From contig JBMNLH010000004.1 of the NCBI GenBank assembly GCA_050952625.1, forward strand, positions 256,001-320,000: a stretch of 64,000 bases of DNA. The letters run 5' to 3'. The position numbers and the translations under genes are program-made. Below, in pieces: positions 58,215 through 64,000 of this stretch. The DNA is from Bacillota bacterium (GTDB lineage: Bacteria > Bacillota > Ch66 > Ch109). The stretch's first letter is position 1. Each line of letters begins with the position of its first letter. A model generated the notes under the pieces. The model had not been told where the DNA came from. It made no database searches and saw only the letters and a program-made list of their open reading frames with translations.

Positions 58215-59003
58215 GTGTCGTTGGTGCAAGTTGATGCGGTGATTCTAGCTGGAGGGTTAAACCCGAAACCATTAAAAGTGAGTAGCGGTTGTGATAGTGA
58301 GGCACTCATCACCATCGGGAATAGGCCGATGGTAGAATATGTGGTTAATGCCTTAAAGCACACCCCTGAAATCGGTAGAATAGTCATAGCCGGTCACCGT
58401 AACAACCTCACAACAGTTTTTGGCGACAATTCTGAACTAATCTTGGTTGAGGGCGGTGAGAGTGCCGTATCTACCCTGCAAAGAGGCCTTCAGGCACTAA
58501 TCGTTCAAGACTCTGGCTTTCTTCCGAGGATGGTGCTGGTAACTGCCGGGGATATCCCCATGATCACTCCAGAGGCTATTTCTGATTTTATCCGTCAGGC
58601 TCAAAAAAGAGAGGGCGACTTGTATTACCCGGTTGTAACCCGGGAAGCCAGCGAACGCAAATATCCCGGGGTAGCTAGGACCTATGTCCATCTCCGGGAA
58701 GGCGAATTTACCGGCGGCAATCTTATTTTGGTTAATCCTGAGATAGTGCCGCGTTGTGCCGTTCTGGCTGATAAGATGGTTGAGAGACGGAAAAATCCTC
58801 TGGCTTTAAGCCGTTTACTTGGTTGGCGATTTGTGCTTAAGTTACTCTTTCGTTCTTTGAGCCTGCCGGAAGTAGAGGCCAAGGTTTCAGAAATGTTGGG
58901 AATTAAGGGAGTAGCGGTGATCTCCGACTATCCAGAGGTTGGAGTCGATATAGATAAGCCAGGTGACCTCCAATTAGCCCGGCAAATCTTAGAAGCGATA
59001 TAG
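58215..59003 (+). CDS. MobA-like NTP transferase
   Basis: DAVILAGG, GDIP, FTGGN, DIDKPGD. Confidence 0.8.
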   Translation: MSLVQVDAVILAGGLNPKPLKVSSGCDSEALITIGNRPMVEYVVNALKHTPEIGRIVIAGHRNNLTTVFGDNSELILVEGGESAVSTLQRGLQALIVQDSGFLPRMVLVTAGDIPMITPEAISDFIRQAQKREGDLYYPVVTREASERKYPGVARTYVHLREGEFTGGNLILVNPEIVPRCAVLADKMVERRKNPLALSRLLGWRFVLKLLFRSLSLPEVEAKVSEMLGIKGVAVISDYPEVGVDIDKPGDLQLARQILEAI

Positions 59004-59032
59004 GTTTTCCAGTGAAGCTGCTTGATAAAAAA

Positions 59033-59130
59033 GTGAACTCATTACGAGTAAACTTGTTCCGCTACGCCGAAACATCGAGGGCTTCAGAGGAAGACTTCTG
59101 TTACGCCGTCTGATGTTTAAACAAGGTACC
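59033..59130 (-). repeat. Degenerate R1 copy
   Basis: GTGAACTC...GTTCCGCT..AACATCGAGG-CTTCAGA...GTTTAAACAAGGTA shared with 1163-1273. Confidence 0.6.
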
Positions 59131-59194
59131 CTACCTACAAAAAATATACGACGTAGTTGTGTAGCCAAAAGGTTACACCCTTTTTTATTCTGGG

Positions 59195-59221
59195 GCAGGA
59201 ATTTTGTGGCTGGCGTAGAAT
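59195..59221 (+). promoter_or_regulatory. Sigma-H promoter of spoVG
   Basis: GCAGGAATT...TAGAAT; spoVG is a classical sigma-H target. Confidence 0.65.
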
Positions 59222-59284
59222 TACTATTAATAAATTATAAGGGTTTTGGGCCAGCTTGACAGAAAAATGTAGGAGGGAGAAAGA

Positions 59285-59557
59285 ATGCAAATAACCGATG
59301 TGCGGATAAGGAGAATTAGCCGAGAGGGTAAAATGAAAGCAGTCGTTTCGGTTACTTTTGATGATGAGTTTGTGGTCCATGATGTTAAAGTCGTCGAAGG
59401 GGTTAATGGTTTATTTGTCGCAATGCCTAGCCGTAAGACACCCGAAGGCGAATTCCGGGATATTGCCCATCCGATTTCATCAGCAGCTCGAGAGGTGATT
59501 CAAAAGGTAGTGCTCCAAGCCTATACAGAAGCGGCGGCAGCTGCGGCAGTAGGTTAG
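59285..59557 (+). CDS. spoVG: Septation regulator SpoVG
   Basis: [33 protein letters not shown]. Confidence 0.96.
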   Translation: MQITDVRIRRISREGKMKAVVSVTFDDEFVVHDVKVVEGVNGLFVAMPSRKTPEGEFRDIAHPISSAAREVIQKVVLQAYTEAAAAAAVG

Positions 59558-59624
59558 GAACTGGTTGGCAGAATAATATGTGACTGAGGTTATAGGAAAC
59601 AGATGAATTTTTTGCCGTGATCAG

Positions 59625-59652
59625 AAGAGCCGGTTTCGGCTCTTGTTTTTTT
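59625..59652 (+). terminator. Intrinsic terminator after spoVG
   Basis: AAGAGCCG-GTTT-CGGCTCTT then T tract. Confidence 0.72.
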
Positions 59653-59946
59653 GCATAATTAGAAAGTATAAGGGAACTTTCTGATTATAAGTAAGGCAAC
59701 TAGGGCTTTCGCCCGCGCCAAAGGCTTGGCGTCTTGGGCGTAATCCAAGTTTTCTTAACGAAAAAAGATTAACTGGAAAAGAAATACTTCGGCATAAAGC
59801 TACAGGAAAAACAAGATTTTTGTAGAAAAAATAATAAGCGGCATTTTGAGAACTAGAATTTTGGCTAAGTCCATTGTTTTTATGCTATTATTTAAACGTT
59901 ATAGCGAACAGTTTATGCGAGATTAGGCGAGGGGGCAGAACCAGGA

Positions 59947-61314
59947 ATGCAGGATGTGGTAGCGGTTATCTTAGCGGCTGGGAAGGGAACCCGGATGAAA
60001 TCCAACCTTCCTAAAGTGATGCACAAAGTAGGGGGAAAATACTTGGTGCAGCACGTGTTGGACGCTGTCAGTTCGGCCGGGGTCTCCAAGATGGTAATAG
60101 TCATCGGACACGGGGCAGAATTAGTCAGAGAGAGTTTAAATAATGGTTATCGGTATGTGCTGCAGAAGGAGCAGCTAGGGACCGGACACGCTGTTTTGCA
60201 GGCGGAAGCGGTTATCGAACAAGCAGAACAGACAGTGATGGTTGTTTGCGGGGACATGCCGCTGCTATCCAGCGATTCATTAAGCCGGCTGATCGAACGA
60301 CATCGCCAGACTCGGGCCGGAGCCACGGTATTAACTGCCTATCTGGGTAACCCGACTGGCTATGGTCGAATTGTTCGGGATGAGCAAGGTCGGTTACTGC
60401 GCATTGTCGAAGAAAAAGATGCCTCCCCGGAGGAAAAAAAGATCAATGAAATTAATACGGGAACCTATTGTTTTGACCGGGAGCTGCTGTTTTCCGCTTT
60501 AAAAGATCTGCGGCCTAATAATGCCCAAGGTGAATACTATCTAACCGATGTCCTAACCATTCTACTCAATAAAAATATTGAAGTTGAGGTTATGGATGAA
60601 GCCGAAGAGCTAGAAGCCCTGGGAATAAACAGCCGACAGCAACTGGCAGTAGCGGAGCAACTGCTGCGGCAGCGTACCCTGGATCGCTTGATGACCGAAG
60701 GGGTGACCATTATCGATCCCCGGTCAACTTTTATTGATGATACGGTCCAGATCGCCTCAGATACCGTTATCTATCCCTTTACCTTTATTGAGGGCCAAAC
60801 AAAAATCGGCCATGAGTGTCAGCTAGGGCCAATGAGCAGAATTGTTGATTCTGTTTTAGGAAATTCAGTTCGAGTCCAAAATTCAGTAATTTTAGAGAGC
60901 CGGGTGGGGGATGATTGTAACATCGGTCCTTTTGCTTACCTGAGACCGGAGACTTGTCTGGAGCGGGGAGTCAAGGTGGGTGATTTTGTCGAATTAAAGA
61001 AATCATGGGTTGGCGAGGGCAGTAAGATTCCTCATCTTTCTTATGTGGGGGATGCGACCGTTGGCTCAGGTGTTAATATTGGTTGCGGAACGATTACCTG
61101 TAATTATGATGGGGTACATAAGCATCCGACTGTCATTGAAGATGGGGCCTTCATCGGCAGCAACTCTAACCTCGTGGCACCGGTAAAAATTGGTGCTTAC
61201 GCAACTACTGGTGCTGGTTCAACCATAACCAAGGACGTGCCGGAATACTCCCTGGCCGTTGAACGCAGCCAGCAGAAGATAATACCTAATTGGAATCGTA
61301 AAAGGAGTAAATAA
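59947..61314 (+). CDS. glmU: Bifunctional GlmU
   Basis: LAAGKGTRMKS, QLGTGHA, GYGRI, EYYLTD, hexapeptide repeats, NYDG. Confidence 0.97.
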   Translation: MQDVVAVILAAGKGTRMKSNLPKVMHKVGGKYLVQHVLDAVSSAGVSKMVIVIGHGAELVRESLNNGYRYVLQKEQLGTGHAVLQAEAVIEQAEQTVMVVCGDMPLLSSDSLSRLIERHRQTRAGATVLTAYLGNPTGYGRIVRDEQGRLLRIVEEKDASPEEKKINEINTGTYCFDRELLFSALKDLRPNNAQGEYYLTDVLTILLNKNIEVEVMDEAEELEALGINSRQQLAVAEQLLRQRTLDRLMTEGVTIIDPRSTFIDDTVQIASDTVIYPFTFIEGQTKIGHECQLGPMSRIVDSVLGNSVRVQNSVILESRVGDDCNIGPFAYLRPETCLERGVKVGDFVELKKSWVGEGSKIPHLSYVGDATVGSGVNIGCGTITCNYDGVHKHPTVIEDGAFIGSNSNLVAPVKIGAYATTGAGSTITKDVPEYSLAVERSQQKIIPNWNRKRSK

Positions 61315-61353
61315 TAAAAAATGTTGAATCTGGCCAACAGGAGGAACAAAGGG

Positions 61354-62304
61354 ATGTCTGTATTTAACAAACGATTAAAGTTGTTTTCGGGAAACGCCAA
61401 TATTGAATTAGCTGAGGAGATTGCCGATTATCTGGGGCTGCATCTGGGAGCGTCCAAGGTGAGTCGGTTTTCAGATGGTGAAATCTGTGTGGCGATCGAT
61501 GAAAGCGTCCGGGGTGTCGATGTTTTCATTATTCAGCCGACCTGTCCCCCAGTTAATGAGCACATTATGGAACTGTTGATTATGATGGATGCGGTTAGTC
61601 GGGCTTCTTCGGCCCGAATAAATGCAGTTATTCCTTACTATGGTTATAGCCGGCAGGATCGCAAGACTAAGGCGCGTGACCCGATTACCGCTAAAATGGT
61701 AGCCAATCTGATAACCGTAACCGGCGCAGCCCGGGTGGTGACGATGGATATGCATGCCGGCCAGATTCAGGGATTTTACGATATTCCGGTGGATCATCTT
61801 CCTGGTGTGCCTATTTTGGCCGAGTATTTTCGGCATAAGGGGCTAGAAGATGTTGTGGTCGTTTCGCCGGATGTGGGGGGAGTTACCCGAGCCCGGGACT
61901 TTGCCGAAAGGATTGGTGCCTCAATCGCGATTATCGATAAACGGCGGCCGGAACCGAATGTTGCCGAGGTTATGCACGTGATTGGCAATGTTAAGAATAA
62001 GAACGTCATTATGATTGATGACATTATTGATACAGCTGGGACCATTACCCTGGGGGCAAAAGTCATGGTGGAACATGGGGCTAAAGAGGTCTACGCCTGT
62101 GCCACGCACGGCCTGCTTTCCGGTCCGGCCGTTAAACGCTTGGAGGAAGCTCCGATCAAGGAAGTGGTTATCACCAACACCATTCCGCTTCCACCAGAAA
62201 AGAAACTCGATAAAATCCGGGTTTTATCCGTCGCTCCTTTACTGGGAGAAGCAATTATTCGAATTCATGAGGATCTTTCGGTTAGTAAGCTGTTTGACGC
62301 TTAA
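61354..62304 (+). CDS. prs: Ribose-phosphate pyrophosphokinase
   Basis: [28 protein letters not shown]. Confidence 0.97.
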   Translation: MSVFNKRLKLFSGNANIELAEEIADYLGLHLGASKVSRFSDGEICVAIDESVRGVDVFIIQPTCPPVNEHIMELLIMMDAVSRASSARINAVIPYYGYSRQDRKTKARDPITAKMVANLITVTGAARVVTMDMHAGQIQGFYDIPVDHLPGVPILAEYFRHKGLEDVVVVSPDVGGVTRARDFAERIGASIAIIDKRRPEPNVAEVMHVIGNVKNKNVIMIDDIIDTAGTITLGAKVMVEHGAKEVYACATHGLLSGPAVKRLEEAPIKEVVITNTIPLPPEKKLDKIRVLSVAPLLGEAIIRIHEDLSVSKLFDA

Positions 62305-62337
62305 CAGAGAATAACACGTTCCTCATAGTTTGTGTTG

Positions 62338-62580
62338 TTTTCATCCGTGGTTGTGCCTAGCGGGCCTGGGCGGTTAATGCAAAAGATATCAGCTTCGGCT
62401 ATCATTGCTATGAATATAACCTTTTATTCGTTTATCGTGGTGCGGGCAACGCCTGACTAATTCTGAGCAGAGCGAAGAATCTTTCCCACGCTGAGAAGCA
62501 AGATCCTTCGCTCACGCGCAGGATGACCTACGACCGCTATTGTCATAGGTGTTTGTCCTTGGGGCCCGGGCGGTTAATAA
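62338..62580 (-). repeat. Repeat family R2 copy (longest)
   Basis: Reverse-complement match to 10545-10697 and 26095-26138. Confidence 0.75.
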
Positions 62581-62691
62581 GAAAAAACTACGCCAGCTAG
62601 CCTATTGGGCGAAATGGTTTGAGATCTCCTCTTCAGGGAATACTGGAAAGAGAATACCCTGACCAGATAAAGGAAGAGGAGGAAGGAACCG

Positions 62692-63345
62692 ATGGAGGCT
62701 AAGAGTATATCTGTTGAGCATCGAGAAACTGGTTCCAAAGGACGAGTGCATCGAGTTCGGAAAGCCGGTCTGACCCCCGGGGTGGTTTACGGTGGGGACA
62801 AGTCGGCGAATCCGATTAAATTTAATCATAAGGATTTAGACCGGATTTTGAACCGCTCCAGCAAGGGCATGAATACCCTGATCGAAATGCAATATCCAGA
62901 TCAGACAGCGGAAACAGTTATTGTTCGAGAACTACAACGGGAACCGATGACCGGTGCCTTGCTGCACGTTGATTTTTATCGTGTATCTCTTTCAGAACGG
63001 ATTAGTGCCGAAGTTCCTCTGACTTGGGTTGGTGAAGCGGAAGGAGTTAAAAAGGGCGGCTTACTGCAGCCCGGACTTAGAACAGTCCTGGTCGAGTGCC
63101 TGCCGGACCAGATTCCTGACCGCTTAGAAGTGCCGGTTGCCCAACTGGAGGTCGGTGATAAATTAACCGTGGCTGACCTGAATCCTCCGCCCGGTGTCGA
63201 GATTCAAAACGAACCTGACGAAGTAGTCGTATCCATCCTCGGTGCCCGAGTCGAAGAAGAGCCAGCCACCCCAACCCCCGCAGAAGAAAAACCCGAAGCA
63301 ACCGAACCCCCAACCAACGAAGGAGACAGACTGGCGGCGAGGTAG
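62692..63345 (+). CDS. rplY: 50S ribosomal protein L25/Ctc
   Basis: PGVVYG, LLHVDFY, GVKKGG, CLPDQIP; follows prs. Confidence 0.93.
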   Translation: MEAKSISVEHRETGSKGRVHRVRKAGLTPGVVYGGDKSANPIKFNHKDLDRILNRSSKGMNTLIEMQYPDQTAETVIVRELQREPMTGALLHVDFYRVSLSERISAEVPLTWVGEAEGVKKGGLLQPGLRTVLVECLPDQIPDRLEVPVAQLEVGDKLTVADLNPPPGVEIQNEPDEVVVSILGARVEEEPATPTPAEEKPEATEPPTNEGDRLAAR

Positions 63346-64000
63346 AGTTGTCGCTTCCATAGATTTGAACCAGTGCACGAGTTAATTCTATTTATATATG
63401 AACACGACTGGCAAAGGCTAAATACACAAGTTCAATAAAGCGACAACTCTTGCGAAGCAGTAACATGTCATGGATAAAACACGGCATTGCTTCCATAAAA
63501 GATCAACTGGAAGCTTAGCTAGATACTTTAATGGTTCGATCACGACTGGAAAGACTGAATAAGCAAGATTAAATAAGCAATGCCGCTTGTAAAGCAGTAA
63601 CATGTTATAAACTAGGCCCTAGTTGTCGCTTCCATAGATTTGAACCAGTGCACGAGTTAATTCTATTTATATATGAACACGACTGGCAAAGGCTAAATAC
63701 ACAAGTTCAATAAAGCGACAACTCTTGCGAAGCAGTAACATGTCATGGATAAAACACGGCATTGCTTCCATAAAAGATCAACTGGAAGCTTAGCTAGATA
63801 CTTTAATGGTTCGATCACGACTGGAAAGACTGAATAAGCAAGATTAAATAAGCAATGCCGCTTGTAAAGCAGTAACATGTTATAAACTAGGCCCTAGTTG
63901 TCGCTTCCATAGATTTGAACCAGTGCACGAGTTAATTCTATTTATATATGAACACGACTGGCAAAGGCTAAATACACAAGTTAAATAAAGCGACAACTCT
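63346..64000. repeat. 275-bp tandem array (at least 2.4 copies) of alternating 136-nt and 139-nt homologous hairpin units
   Basis: Units start at 63346, 63621, 63896; one substitution at 63983; truncated by window end. Confidence 0.92.

Noticed and set aside
63418-63878. Two identical 61-aa minus-strand ORFs
   Set aside because: By-products of the tandem repeat; no RBS or recognisable motif
63346-64000. CRISPR array
   Set aside because: Period is 275 bp, whole units repeat almost identically with no unique spacers, constant blocks are short and scattered, and no cas gene is in the window

Overview
Chromosomal window from a spore-forming Firmicute (Clostridia-like gene content). It opens with a probable cobalamin ECF transporter locus and a type II R-M pair. 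It then follows the conserved backbone tRNA-Ser, SRP RNA, dnaX-ybaB-recR-yaaL-bofA, 2-oxoacid:ferredoxin oxidoreductase, hdrCB, csfB, tmk-holB-yaaT-yabA-yabB-rsmI, abrB, T-box metG, tatD-yabE-rsmA-veg ... spoIIR-ispE-spoVG-glmU-prs-rplY. The main finding is a 20,099-bp large-serine-recombinase element (cores CTGACCA at 35080-35086 and 55179-55185). It splits a 53-aa ribbon-helix-helix gene that the ORF track misses and that lies behind a sigma-K/E-like promoter. The same crossover lies inside the 3' end of the recombinase gene. Excision would therefore rebuild the host regulator and also add a 58-aa excisionase-like HTH tail to the recombinase on the circle. The element carries RloAB/AbiL-like defence genes, a Rep gene with iterons, an oriT-like site without a relaxase, two tandem repressor/Cro switches, two IS elements, one intact and two decayed TA modules, and secreted-protein cargo. 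The window ends in an unexplained 275-bp tandem array of two alternating homologous units with co-varying terminal stems. Three families of dispersed intergenic repeats and several probable small indels are also visible. All family assignments are by motif recognition and gene context; no searches were run.
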